Source of the DNA: Azolla caroliniana
Taxonomy: Eukaryota; Plantae; Polypodiophyta
Assembly (NCBI GenBank): GCA_043228905.1
Contig: JBHGNT010000008.1
Span: forward strand, 9,982,001-10,046,000
Length of the DNA stretch: 64,000 bases
Direction of reading: 5' to 3'
Part shown: positions 38,301 to 51,200 of the stretch, piece after piece
Numbering within the stretch: position 1 is the first letter of the stretch
Layout: each line of letters starts with the position of its first letter
Program-made: the position numbers and the translations under genes
Notes under the pieces: generated by a model
Seen by the model: only the letters and a program-made list of their open reading frames with translations
Told to the model about the DNA's origin: nothing
Databases searched by the model: none

Positions 38301-38569
38301 AGTTCTTGGAGCTATATAGAAGGGATTCTTGTAACCTTATGTCCAACTCATCATTTTTTAGTGTTTAGGTTTAGTTTCTAGATCCATATGTTTTACAGTT
38401 GTTGGAACCATATAGAAGTTAGCTTCCTGTAACCTGAGATTCATCCTCCTGTTTTAGGGCTTAGAGTTTTTAGCATAATGCGTTTTATGGTTCATGGAGC
38501 TATATAGGAATTGGCTTCTTGTAACTATTTTTAGGATTTAGGGTTTATGATACATTTACCATATCCCTC

Positions 38570-40102
38570 ATGGCGAGTTACGCACCTGCCTGCATGCCCC
38601 AAAATGAATCTAGCTCCAAGGGTTCAATTTCTAACCCTTCATACCCAGACCAGCAAAGCACTCTCACTGAAAATGGCTCATACAAGAAAGCTATAAATAT
38701 GTGTGGAATCCTTCGGGTGACTATCCATCGTGCCAGAGACATCCATAACATTTGTATCTATGGAAATCAAGACGTTTATGCCAAGTTTATAATAACCCAA
38801 ATTGAATGTCAAGATGCTGTCTATCCCACACAAACTGTGAAATCGGGAGGGCAAAACCCTGTCTTCAACCAAACCCTAGAGATTCCGGTTTCTGGTGGAT
38901 GGGATGCGGTCCTTAGATGCGAGCTTTGGATGATGAGTTGCGCTAGGAACTATCTAGAAGATCAACTTCTTGGCTTTGCACTTGTGCCCCTTAACAACTT
39001 GTATGGAAAAGAAGACGGACAAACTCAAGAGTATTGTCTCACGTCGACTGACCTCTTCTATACTCCAGCAGGAATGGTGCAGCTCTCACTATCATTCATT
39101 GACCACACCAACATTGAAATAAGTAAGGAAATGCATTCAGAAAGTGATAAACAGATGCCTGATGGTGGTGATAAAATGTTTTCGCAAGGCAGTCATTTGG
39201 CTCGCCCTCTGGGTGTAGATGCATGCGAAGCTGAAGTGGTAATGGAGTATCAGCAAGAAAATCTAAGAAAAATTGAGTTTGTGGACTTGGATGCAGTTTC
39301 AGAAGACCAACATTTGGTATCAATGTACTACAAGATGGCGGAAACTGAAGGATATAATGAAGCAACAACAGATTTACCGACACAAGAACATAGACAAAAC
39401 TGTCTGGGAGAAGACCATTTTAAAGCTAAAAATGGAGACATTGATGTAGAACCCAAGGATAAAAATATTTATGGAGCTTCTGAAATGGTACTTCAACTAG
39501 GCACGGCAAATGTAAATGATGGAATGATATGGAGCCCAAGTGCCGGAAAATGCACAGAGTCTAATGGTCTTTCAATAAACGAAAATGTATGCTTAGTGTC
39601 TGGTTTTCAATCTCCAAGGGAATCAAATGGGATGTCAAATTCACCTTGTGATAGCGCTAGTTCAGCCATGAACCATGTTCCTTCTCCAACCATGGAGCTT
39701 GTTTCTAGTTCCTCTTCATTGATGGAAACCCAAGCTACAACTAGTTCATCGTCCTGCATTGGTGATAGCAATCAATCTTCGCTACCTTTTGAGGTGCAAG
39801 AGAAGAGTGAGGATGCATCCTTATCTACTCCCAAAGTATTAAGTGAATCCTCACCATTTACTTCCACACCTCTTGTGAGCATTTCTTTGGAACCTGAGGT
39901 TTCCATCAATCAAGAACATTTCGTGGATCTGTACTTAAAAAGCATGCAACAATTCACCGAGAAGCTTGCCGATATGAAGTTCTCGTTTGATGTGGATGCT
40001 CAAGAACCTTCAGCCTCATTGCAAGATATTCCAACGGAGAAAGTCTCTGGAGGCAAGAAAGAAGGCTCCAAATTGTATTATGGTAGCCGAGCATTCTTCT
40101 AA
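38570..40102 (+). CDS. C2 (CaLB) domain protein, plant family ending in YGSRAFF
   Basis: Uninterrupted 510-aa ORF; C2 domain GILRVTIHRARDIHNICIYGNQDVYAKF...GGQNPVFNQ...WMMSCARNYLEDQLLGFALVPL; conserved tail YLKSMQQFTEKLADMK...KLYYGSRAFF. A probable upstream 5'UTR exon ends at 36030 (CAG|GTAAGC). Confidence 0.93.
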   Translation: MASYAPACMPQNESSSKGSISNPSYPDQQSTLTENGSYKKAINMCGILRVTIHRARDIHNICIYGNQDVYAKFIITQIECQDAVYPTQTVKSGGQNPVFNQTLEIPVSGGWDAVLRCELWMMSCARNYLEDQLLGFALVPLNNLYGKEDGQTQEYCLTSTDLFYTPAGMVQLSLSFIDHTNIEISKEMHSESDKQMPDGGDKMFSQGSHLARPLGVDACEAEVVMEYQQENLRKIEFVDLDAVSEDQHLVSMYYKMAETEGYNEATTDLPTQEHRQNCLGEDHFKAKNGDIDVEPKDKNIYGASEMVLQLGTANVNDGMIWSPSAGKCTESNGLSINENVCLVSGFQSPRESNGMSNSPCDSASSAMNHVPSPTMELVSSSSSLMETQATTSSSSCIGDSNQSSLPFEVQEKSEDASLSTPKVLSESSPFTSTPLVSISLEPEVSINQEHFVDLYLKSMQQFTEKLADMKFSFDVDAQEPSASLQDIPTEKVSGGKKEGSKLYYGSRAFF

Positions 40103-41777
40103 TCCAAGGAATGCTTTTTAGGTCTCATCATGTAAAAATGATTACTCATCTTTGTGTAGTGTTTTGTTATTTTCTTTTATTGCACGGTCCCCCCCTCCCC
40201 TCCCCTCCCCTTTTGTCTGTTATTGAATAAAAGGCAATGTTATTATTTGCTACCATGGATGTAATGATCATGCCCTTAAACAGTAATAGTTATGGAGTTT
40301 CTTCATTGGGTGTTTGGTGTGTGAGAGTGAGGCAGGGAGCTCCTAAGCTTGTATACATATACTTGAGTAACTGTGAAAAATTCCCACATACATCAAACCC
40401 TCAAATATTTGGCTGATCTATCAGATCGTGACATCATTTGCAATGAGTGGATGTCCAACCAGCTTACTACATATGTAATTCATTGCCACCAAATCAATGC
40501 CCAACCAGCTTACTATGAACAAAGAGATTATAGCCACCAAATCAATGCATGCCATGTGAACTTGGCATTGTAAAGGAAAGGTTTCTTTTTTTCCTTCAAG
40601 GATATTTTATCGTAGATCACCCACAAGAAATCCCTTTACATTGCATCAAATGGGGGTAAGTAGCCAATTGGAAATGGTTATACCAACTAGCAGATTGGTA
40701 AATCTCGAGGTACGCCAAACTCTATGATTAAGGTATATATAGATTAGAGGGCCTAAACCTTATGCAAGTAATATGTTTTGTTGGTATGCTATAAATGTCC
40801 TTTCTTACACTCGTGGGTCTTGGTCTCTTAAGTTAATCGTTTCCTCATGCATTACAAAAAGCTTAGTGATAACTTCGAGTGACACGCAAGTTCTTGATTC
40901 TTGAGAGTGGCTCCGAATAAGTTGGGCCATTGTTACTTGTGTTATACCAAATGCCTTAGTCTTGGTCATACCTCCTTACCGATATCTCGATGTAGGACTA
41001 GATCGTTGTTTTCCCTATTGCTAGATCAAGTAGAAGTGCTTGACAACTACTTCTAAGCCTACAATGGCTACTTGACTCTCTAGACAAACTGCATGTAAGT
41101 ATCTAACTTCTCTTGCATAATTAATGACATGATAACTAACTTAAATATTGACACATAGGTAATTAAAAGATAAAATTTAAAAAAAGCCACATGTACATTA
41201 ATTGAGGAGTTCTAAACTCATATTTAAGTGATTAGTACAAGGTTAAGTGTAAAGCACATCGTACAATTTATTAGATTTGCGTATCCTGTCATCTTTTGCT
41301 TACACATAGACTTGCATCCTTGTGTCTTTCTCGTAGTGCTTGCAAATGCTAATGTCCAAGTCATGGAAATGTAAAACAAAAATGTCTCCTTAAAAGTACA
41401 ATAGATTCACTTAGATGTAGGTTGGAACTTGGGGGGATTTTTGCTTGTTTTGTATTATGTACTACAATATTTCGCATTACAAATAATTTCTCAAGTACTG
41501 ATGTTTTGGACAATTTGGAGAGTATTTAGCCATGAATAAAGAGGTTGTATCATGTGCTTTCACGACATCTTTTATAAACCCCTTATACGTATATTTTTTA
41601 CTATTTTAGATACCCTTCTATAAAAAAACAACTAATAAAAATATCCCTTAGTGCCAATATATATTTTAACAACTCATTTTAAATGCTCTTATATAGAAGA
41701 CACGTGTATGTTTTATACATGTGTGTATGTATGTATTATATTGTATAGCATATGTTATATATATTTTATGTATGGGT

Positions 41778-41808
<31 letters not shown>

Positions 41809-43036
41809 TCATATGTATGTATTACATTGCATGTATGTATGTATTGTATTGTATTCCATGTTTATTTATGTATGTATTATATGTATGTGTTGTATATCTT
41901 AGTTGTATGGCATGTGTGTATGTTTTTGTTGTGGCTCGTGTCTATTTGCACCTAAATCATAAATATCCTTTTACTAATAAAGACTCAAGAGTTCATTATT
42001 TGGTTTGATAGCTATTCTCTATTTAAACTCTATAAAATTTCATCAACAATCATCATGAATACTCCATCACTGCAAGAAGTTCCTTCAAATGCTCAATAAT
42101 TTCTCACATCACAACACTATTTAACGAGGAAGAGATTAATATATGATTGATTCAATATGTGAAGCTTATCAAGCAATATATGTGGTACGTGGGTCAACCC
42201 ATATTTGACATACATATCAATCACACTATTGGCAATACAACATCTCTTTCTAGTACACCTTTTCCTTAGATGATATAGTTCGCAACAAACAAACACATGC
42301 AAAACCAACTTGCTATAATAATGAAACATCTAAGGTTCAAATAATGTTTTAAACAAACAATAATTGATTAGACAAGAGGAAAGTAATGGAAATAGTTCTA
42401 TATTACAACACATACAATTATCTATTTATCAATCTCCTCCCTTTGCAACAAGTAGAAATAAGGACTTTGCATTCTCGTAAGGATGTAGCACCAAGAAAGA
42501 TGAACACAATGTCACGTGATGATAAAAATCCACAGACATAGTCAATGAAGAGTAAAGTGGGTGTGCTTCGATGAATAGACACCACACCCACTTGCCTCAC
42601 AATGTAACATCTACTCCAATCGAGCTTGGTAGGGCCCTTCCCAAATAAAGCACCGCCACCATGAGCTCCCCATGAGGCTTCTCAAGACCAAAATAGCTCT
42701 TCTTGCCTGTGAAATGACAATAGCAAATACACAAATTAACATGGGAAAAAAACATGAGGGAATGTTGCCAATGCATGTGTGCATGCATTCATACATGCAT
42801 ACAAATACACACATACAAACATAGCCATGCATATACAAATACACATGCACACATACGAACATGGTTAAAATTTGATATGGTACTAAACCAAGAACCCTCA
42901 AAAAGTGGCCTGGATCCTGATGGCAGCAAATTCCCAGCTTATTGTAATTCATCCTACACATCCTTGCTTGCTAGAGGAGGGCCACTTCGAAGAGGTCAAT
43001 CAAGCTCATGGCACCTTCTCTCTCTCTCTCTCTCTC

Positions 43037-44406
43037 ATTGATGAATTAGAAGAAATGGTTACCAAGTTTGTAAAGGAAGAATGTGTTGAAGAAGTTGCCA
43101 TTGGGAATGTTGTGATTATGCTTTTGTTATATGCGGATGATGTAGTGCTTTTTGCAAATACTTCAGGAGATGCACAAAAGCTTATGAAGGCATTGGAATT
43201 TTTTTGCATGCATACTAGATTAAGTGTCAATAGCTCCAAAACAAAGATTATGCTTGTGAAGAGTCAAAAAAGAGATAAACCATGCATTATGTACAACAAT
43301 GAGCCACTTGAATGTGTGGAAAGTTTCAAATATTTTGGCCTTGAAGTTCCTTCAAATCATAAATGGAATGAATGTGCTACACGCCGCTTAGAGGCGGGTA
43401 AGGGAGCATATTATGCATTTGAGAACACATGCAATCTTGGAGATATTAAGTGTTGGGTCCTATCTTTTTGACACTTTGGTGACCCCGGTTCTTCTTTATG
43501 GGGTGGAAGTATGGGGCGGTAGCATCCCTAAATCTACGTGGAAAGAATTTGAAAATGTCCAAAAACATTTTCTTACAAAGTTTCTACAAGTTAAGAAACA
43601 AAAGCCGTACACCCTCCTCCTCCTTGAGACGGGATCGCTTCCCATTGAGATCATGGCCATGGAAAGGGTTGTTGAATACATGCTTAAGGTTCAAAAAAGC
43701 TCCTCACATCGACTTCCTAGAATTGCATGGGAAGCAAGCAAAAAGATCCAAAAGACACATAAAAGCAAAATTTTGTGTTCCGGTTAGATTCAAGATTTAG
43801 AAAAAGGGTTTGGTAGATGGGATGCAAGACACTTGCTTCATGATGCGTCACTAGATTCCTCTGTAAATGAGGCCTTTTTGCAATGCCAATGTATCATGAC
43901 ATGGGACAAATGTGGTGGCTCACGCTTCACACATTATACTAAAAATGTTGCACCTAACTACAAAACCATATTCTTCGCGGAATGGGGAAGTTGTACACAT
44001 CGATACATGTTAGAGCCCATTGTGATATCTGCCATTCGAACCATTGCTTCCATGCGACTTAGCTCGCACACATTGAGATGTGAGACGGAGCGTTGGGGCA
44101 CAAGTGATGAGAGTGGCCGACTATGCACACTTTGCCCAAAACAAGTTCAAGAGTCTGAATATCACACTTTGATACAATGCTCTACCTTTGATCATATTTG
44201 ACCATGCTTTCCACATCTCTTCGATCAAGCCCAATCCTTGCACGAATTTCTCTCACAACCATGATGTGCACTCTCGATTGCAACATTCATTGGTAAAGTT
44301 CTTGAACATCGAGAGTCGCTCCTCACCTTCACACGTATCACGTGAAATGTAATATTTTTGGTCTCATAGGTCATATTTGACCTCCGAAGACGATAATATA
44401 ATCTAT
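43037..44406 (+). mobile_element. 5'-truncated RTE-like LINE (different subfamily from 1-3096) with intact 3' end, flanked on both sides by (CT)n
   Basis: LLLYADDVVL; NSSKTKIM; FKYFG; LFDTLVTPVLLYGVEVWG; RLSSHTLRCETERW..RLCTLC..ESEYHTLIQC. (TC)10 at 43017-43036 and (CT)n at 44407-44433. Confidence 0.92.
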
Positions 44407-44879
44407 CTCTCTCTCTCTCTCTCTCCTCTCTCTATACATTTACATGCATGTATTTATGTATGTGTATGTACGTATGTACATATGATATTATATATTTGTA
44501 CATATATTCACGTTTAGTTAGTATGCATGTATAAATGGGTGTAATGTATGTATATACATATTTAGGGATGTAGTGTTTAAATGTAGGTATATATGCATGC
44601 ATGTATGTATGCTACTCCAAATTTAATTATTGTTTCACAGTATGTTCTTTATTATCTCATTGATATCTAATATTTCGTGGGCATATGTAATTTTTTTCTC
44701 TAGCATAATTGATAGTACCCTTATGTAAATATATATTTTATGTATTTATTAATACCCTTATATATACATTGTATATCTCAATGGTTAATTTAAACCCCTT
44801 TTGATGAACTCACGTGCTATCATACAAGTTTTGATAGTGAAGCCCTCGAGGCCACGGGTAGGAAAAGGCGGTCACCTTC

Positions 44880-46570
44880 ATTAGCAGAGGTCTCGCCCCG
44901 GTTGAATGCAACTACTCCACTACCAAGTAGGAACTACTTGCAATCATCCAGTCTTTCTAGCCTTTCCACCCATACCTTCACAGCGGACAAGTTAAGGTTG
45001 AGACTAACCACCAACCCTTGCTTTCTCTTATCCATAGGCCTCACAACCCTAGGCCTACTTTGATAGTGGTGTTGGTGGTGGGTGCAGCAGCACCGACGAT
45101 TTCTGTAGGGAGGAGGACGTTGATAGGGTGAATGGCGATGGGGAAGGTGGTGGCGTTCACGGTTGTGTTGGTAATACCGCTTGTTGCGATGGACGTTGGC
45201 GCTCCAAGATTATCAATTTACCCTCTCCTATCGGAAAGGTGTCACCAATCTAATCATTGACTGTCTCTCTCGTGCAGACTTTCATGTTGTCCAATTTCTC
45301 CCCAAGCCATCCAGTCTTCCACTGCCACTGTCACAACTTGTTTCCCTTCAGCAACACGACCTTGCTGTCTAAGTTAACCCATCAATTGTGCTCCCTCCAA
45401 ACATTTCCCTCAAAACAGTGGTTCATGCTTCACGATAACTTGGTGTTCTTCATTCAAGAGCACCATGAGCCCCTCCTCTACATCCCACGTCCCCTACAAC
45501 AAATGTATCTCCAAATTTTATCACGACCACCCATTGTTAGGTCATCTGGATTTCCACAAGGTTCTCAAAAAATTACACCTAAGGTATTACTGGCCAAACA
45601 TGTGGCACTCTGTCTCTACCTATATCAAACAATGTGATTTGTGTCAACACATCAAACCTATAAGCATGTCCATTGGATTGCTCTAGCCCATCACTATCAC
45701 ATCCCCTTTTGAGCTCGTCGGATGGGATTTCATGGGACCTTTTCCCGAAACCCGCAATGGCAACAAGTATATCTTTGTCATAACCAAATACCTCACAAGA
45801 TGGGCCAAAACTGTCGCTATCCTTGACATCATTGCGCCTACAATCGCATCCCAACTTTTACACTTGAGGTAGTTTTCCAACATGGTTGCCCCCTCCAACT
45901 ATTATATGATTAGGGCTGCCAGTTCCATGGGGATGTCCCCAATGCCGTTTTAGCTCAACAAGGCGTCATAGAGGTGTTTACAACTCAAATGGCCTCACTG
46001 AATGCCTCAACAAGACCCTCAAGCGGGAGATCTCCACTTATATTGATCCCTAACATGAAACCTAGGATTAAATCTTGCATTTTCGTCACCCACGCCTACA
46101 ACACGTCCGTAAAAGCATCAACAAGGATCAACCCTTTTCAGGCACTCTATGGGAGCGACCCTCATCTCCCACCAGAGTCGTCCATTACTGTCCATTCTAG
46201 ACCTGCCAACATGGTGGTGCCACTTGGGTGCTCTATCTCCAACATATGCTCCCACTACTTCGACAATCTAGCTGTAGAAACCGGGCAATCACACAACAAC
46301 ACTAGAAAGTGGCACTACTACGTAGGTCGAATTACCCCAACTTATTTTGAGGGAAACAAAGTCCTTATTTACTTCCTGGTTCGGCAACACGACCATAACG
46401 AATCCCTCATGCACCGATGGATCGACCCGTTCACTATAGTTCGCGCCATCAAATCCATTACTTACTTGCTCCAACGCGATTCCAACGGGCGAGTCACCTC
46501 CACCCATATGTTGGCATGCCTCCTTTCCCTGTGTCATAAAACTCCTTGTTTCTCTTAAGGGGGAAATATG
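44880..46570 (+). mobile_element. Ty3/gypsy remnant: RNase H, integrase, PPT
   Basis: LRWTLALQDYQFTLSYRKG..N..DCLSR; YHDHPLLGH..RYYWPNM..YIKQCDLCQ; PFELVGWDFMGPFP..GNKYI; PPT aaggggg at ~46557. Confidence 0.85.
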
Positions 46571-47844
46571 GTGTCCCTTTGGTGCAAGTACATGCCTTCA
46601 TGTTGTGGTGTACATCTGTTCCTTTGTGCCACCCTTTTAGTATGCATGTAGCCAACCCAACCCAAATGGGTACCTATGTATCAACTATAATTTGAGCAAG
46701 AAGTAAGAAGCAAGGCAAGCTAGTTTGGATTCTCTTTATGTGCATTTCATAGCATTTTGGTAAAAAAAAAGAAAAAGAAAAAGAAAAGACTTATTGTATA
46801 ATTTTTTTTTATTTTCAAAGAGAAATGTCTTCTCATAAAAAGTTTCTGAATATAGGCATGAAACAAGTTCTTGTTTATAAATCCTTTTCTTGTACAATTT
46901 TTTATAATTTATTTCAAGTGGGAAATGACTTCTCATCTGATTTTTTAAAATTTCGGGTAAGAAATGACTACTTGTTTATAATGACCTTCAAACTGTTTTT
47001 ATTTCGGGCAAGGAATGACTTCTCGTCCAAGTGTTAAAATCAAGAAATAGGTGAGGGAATAAAAAGTTTGTCAATTTATCTTAACTCTTTGAGAATTTAT
47101 GACTCCCTTAAGACCTCTGTTGTGTAGGAATAAAACGCTATAACTTAAATGACATGAAATAATTATTAACTACATAAAAGAAAAGAAGAAGCGTTAAAAA
47201 GCCTAAACTCCTCGGTTTAGTCTCTTGTTCGTCTCATTGGGATACCCTCATTGTGTTTCTTTTACGTGGCTAGTTTCACCTTTGACATATGATGCTTGAT
47301 TCCTCGGGAGATTGCGGCAAGCTCATCGCTAACTTCCAATCATGATTTAGGGTTAACGTAAGCGTTATTAAATCTTGACCATCAGTGGAAGTGAAGAGAG
47401 GCGGGCATGTCGATATCTGAGTTGATTCAAAGAAAGGGTAGTTGTTTAGCAATGGAACTTGGGGTTGGGAACTTGCATGGGAACTTGCATGCGATCCTTC
47501 GAACCTCTACCAAGAAGAGAAGCATTGTTGGTTGCCCTTACACCCTATGGGTAGTATAGCAGGGGCATGATGATTACAAAACCATACGACTAGTGATGGT
47601 GTGTTGTTGCCTATGAGAGGGGAGAAATGTGCGCGCACTTTTGCAATCGTGCAACGACCCTTTGTCTGTTTGATTATGATATGTATGAATGTTTGTCTGT
47701 ATAGGTGACCGTGCAACAACCCTCGGTTTGTCTAAATGTCTGTGTGATATGTATGTATGAATGTTTGTAAGTTTGATTGTATAGCCAACCGTCGGTCTGG
47801 AAAATGGGTGAGACATTTTTGAGGAGTCAGCAACCGAAGCGCGT

Positions 47845-47847
<3 letters not shown>

Positions 47848-47894
<47 letters not shown>
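47848..47894. repeat. (CA)n microsatellite upstream of chorismate synthase
   Basis: Pure CA run of about 23 units. Confidence 0.95.
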
Positions 47895-47899
<5 letters not shown>

Positions 47900-48200
47900 A
47901 TCCATCCCATCCCATCCCATCCTCCTTGTCTTTTGAAAAGAATTTATTGATCGTTCAGACACAATACATATGTATGTATATGCCTTTGGCTTTTGTTTCT
48001 CTGTCATTGTTTCCTCGTGTTTGTAGAAAGAAAGATCTGCGATGAAATAATGAATGAATGAATGATGTGCACGTGTTAAAAACATCTGCCGCTCACCACG
48101 ACCCATTTCTCCGTTCTCCCTCCCCACTGAAATTGATTCAGCTTTTCTCTCCTACCTCCTCTCTTCACTGCACTTTCTTCATCGCGCTCAGCCCTTCATC

Positions 48201-51200
48201 ATGAATATGAGCTTGGCTAGAGTCTCTGAGAAATCTGGCCTTTTGGATGGGTCTGGCCTTCGATCCGGAGAGTCGGATCTCAGAAGGCTCCTTGCAGTTC
48301 ACCATCTCCCTCATTTATCTCACAACAGAAGCAGAAGCAACCGATTAGGTTTGGGTTCAAGTTTTTTTATTTGCCTTTAATGGAGAATTTCTTCTCACAT
48401 TTTGGTCTTATAGCTGAATTTGGAGGGCTAGAACTGCCTTTGATTCCGAAAATCATGTGTCATTTTTGGCCTTTGTAATTTGACTTAAAAAGGCTAGAAC
48501 TCCATTTCGTTCACGTTATGATCTTCAGTTCACGACAAAAAATCCACACTCTAATTCTATGGAAGTTATGTTTTCAAATTATGGTCTTATAGTTGATTGA
48601 ATTTAGAGAGTTAGAACTGCCTCCTATTCTGCAAACGAAATCTATTAGTGTCTCTATAGTTGAATTTAGCTGGTTAGAACTGATTTAAATTCAAAAAATA
48701 TGTATAGCCTTATTTCTGAATTTAGAGGGGTTAGAGCTACAGATTATGTCGAAATTGTTGGTTGATTGGTACTATGTGCCTTGAATATATAGGTTTTGTT
48801 GGTTGATTGGTGATTTGAACGTAGAGCTTTTGTTGGCTGATTTGTGCTTGAATATAATCATATTGGTTGTTGATGGGTTTTTCTCTTTTAATGTTGCCAT
48901 ATTTAGGTTTTTTTTTGTTGATCTAACTACAAATTCAAGATTTTCATTTTGTGATCTTAATTCAAGATTTGATTTTCCATAGCATCACTTAATTGAGAGC
49001 TTAGAATGTATCGTTTTACATTAGGCATTGAAGGGCCTTGGTTTCTTTCGTCCAGTCCTTGATTTTGTGTGGTTCTGCTAGGGCACTCGTTGAGAGTGTG
49101 GAACATGGATTCCCAGAGAGGGATGAAAGATGAAACATGCATTTTCATGTCTTGAAGAGGCCAAAAAATGACCAATGAGAACAGAAGAGGTTAAAAATGA
49201 ATTTGCTATCTCATCTACAACGACAATGAACAAAATGAAACGAGTAAACTATGTAAAGTATACCTACTAAATTTATTTAGACAAGTACAAAAGATAACTA
49301 CAGCAATTCTTATCAACTCAATGACATGGAAACCGTAATCTTCAAGACTTCGCTTCCATGTAGGATCAACACAGTAGCATTTACAGTTCCCCTTCTGTGG
49401 TTCCGTATGCATATCTCCATTCATGCTGATTAGAGGCCTTATTTAGGATAAACTTCTCAGTCTTATCATACTGTATAGTTAAGCAACTTAGTCTGATCTA
49501 TGAAGTCAATGCATAAATATTTAAAACTCTGCAATGATTTGTCACACTGAGATTCAAGTTTGGTTCTGTGATATTTTGTTCTGCAGAGGTTTATGCTGGT
49601 GTTGGCAACACATTTGGGAACTTATTTCGGGTAACAACGTTCGGTGAGTCTCATGGTGGTGGTGTTGGATGTGTTATTGATGGGGTTCCACCAAGGCTAC
49701 CCCTTACTGAAGCGGATATGCAATTTGAACTCGATAGGAGGTTTGTATCCCTCTGACTCCACACAACAAAAAGAAAAATACAGAAAAGATCTAAAGAAAG
49801 GCAAGGCTTTTTGGGAAGGTTTACTTATACTAATGACCATTCATGGTTTATTACACCATTTCATTCGACATCAGATTACATCTAGAAATTTTCTGTGAAT
49901 GAATAGGTGTTGATGATGTATGCGAGTGCATGTTGTATCTTAGACAGTAGGTTGTCGTCCTCTCTTCTAGTAATAGGATTGAATACTGATACAATGTAAA
50001 TACCAAAGGCAATGCGTGTTTAACATTCTGTGTTGTGAAGAATTTCATGTGGGTTACGGTTAGGAATAGGCCCATTTCAAAGCGTGAATGTATATTGTGT
50101 TCATAGGGTTTAAAGTGGCCATAGTGCTTTCTTGGAAATACTGGCCTAGGAAAGGAAACCACAATCACATATTTCAGACTTCTACCTGGAATATATATCT
50201 ACCTACGGCTACATAGGTTACATTTTTAAGATGGCTGAGGAGAGATTATACTAGCATCTATAATGAGGTCAAAGTAGTCACTGGTGTGTGAAATCCAAAA
50301 CAGTTACCCACGATCTCTTATGATATCTTATCTGTATGAAATAGAGAGAAAGCTTTTGTGAATATCGTCCTTAATCAGCATTTGTAGAATGATGATTATC
50401 TCCTTCCTCATCCAAAATTTCTGGTTGCCTATATCCAAATGAGTAATGGGTAATGGTTGCCTATATTCGAATAAACAGGGCAAGTTGATCTTTCAGATAT
50501 AAAATATTCTCCCTATGAAGCCATTTCTTACTCCCTGTGCATGGAGTTTGCAGAGATAATATAGCTGTATCTGTGATTACGTGGACAACGAAGTTTGCAC
50601 ATCATCTTTTTGTGCGGCTAATGTAAATATCTCTATCCGTGACTTTCCAGACTTAGTAGATATGGTCATCAGCTTTATGAATGAAGGCTTCTAAAATGTA
50701 GACGGTGACACTACCACATCCAACTCCAATGTCCAAAACCCAATTAGTTCTTCTAGATGAAGAGGGTATTATACTAATGTCTTGCTGGAATGGCGCATCA
50801 TGCAGAGGACACATTATGTGTGCACAGACATTTTGCAGTCTCCATCCAAGTTGATGCAAAGAGTTATAAAGCTGGCCAAGTTGTTATTCTGGATGCTGGA
50901 TAAAAGGTGTGTCCATTAGCTCCGTCCTACTAGGAAACTGTTCTCATCAGTCAGATGTGATCTCTGACAAAACTATGTTTCCAATTATCTCCCTAGAAGT
51001 CTTGGAAAATCTCCTCTTAAGTGAATGATGATTTTTGAAATCTCTTTCAAGCACATGACCATTTTGGAAATCGTGTGGCCAGACTCTGGTCTTAATTATG
51101 GATTGATTATCACTTTCGATAGGATATATAGTACCCTCCTGGCCTGTTTATGGATAGATTGTGCTGATTAGTAATTTTCTTATGATCATAGTTTGTGGTT

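Noticed and set aside
40640-41110. Additional solo LTR (agtcctacatcg motif on the minus strand)
   Set aside because: No TG..CA ends, TSD, PBS or second copy could be established.
41651-42008. Cys/Val/Tyr-rich ORFs (also 47574-48127 and 9194-9700)
   Set aside because: Translations of (GT)n/(TATG)n microsatellites or the antisense of MAPR4 exon 1.
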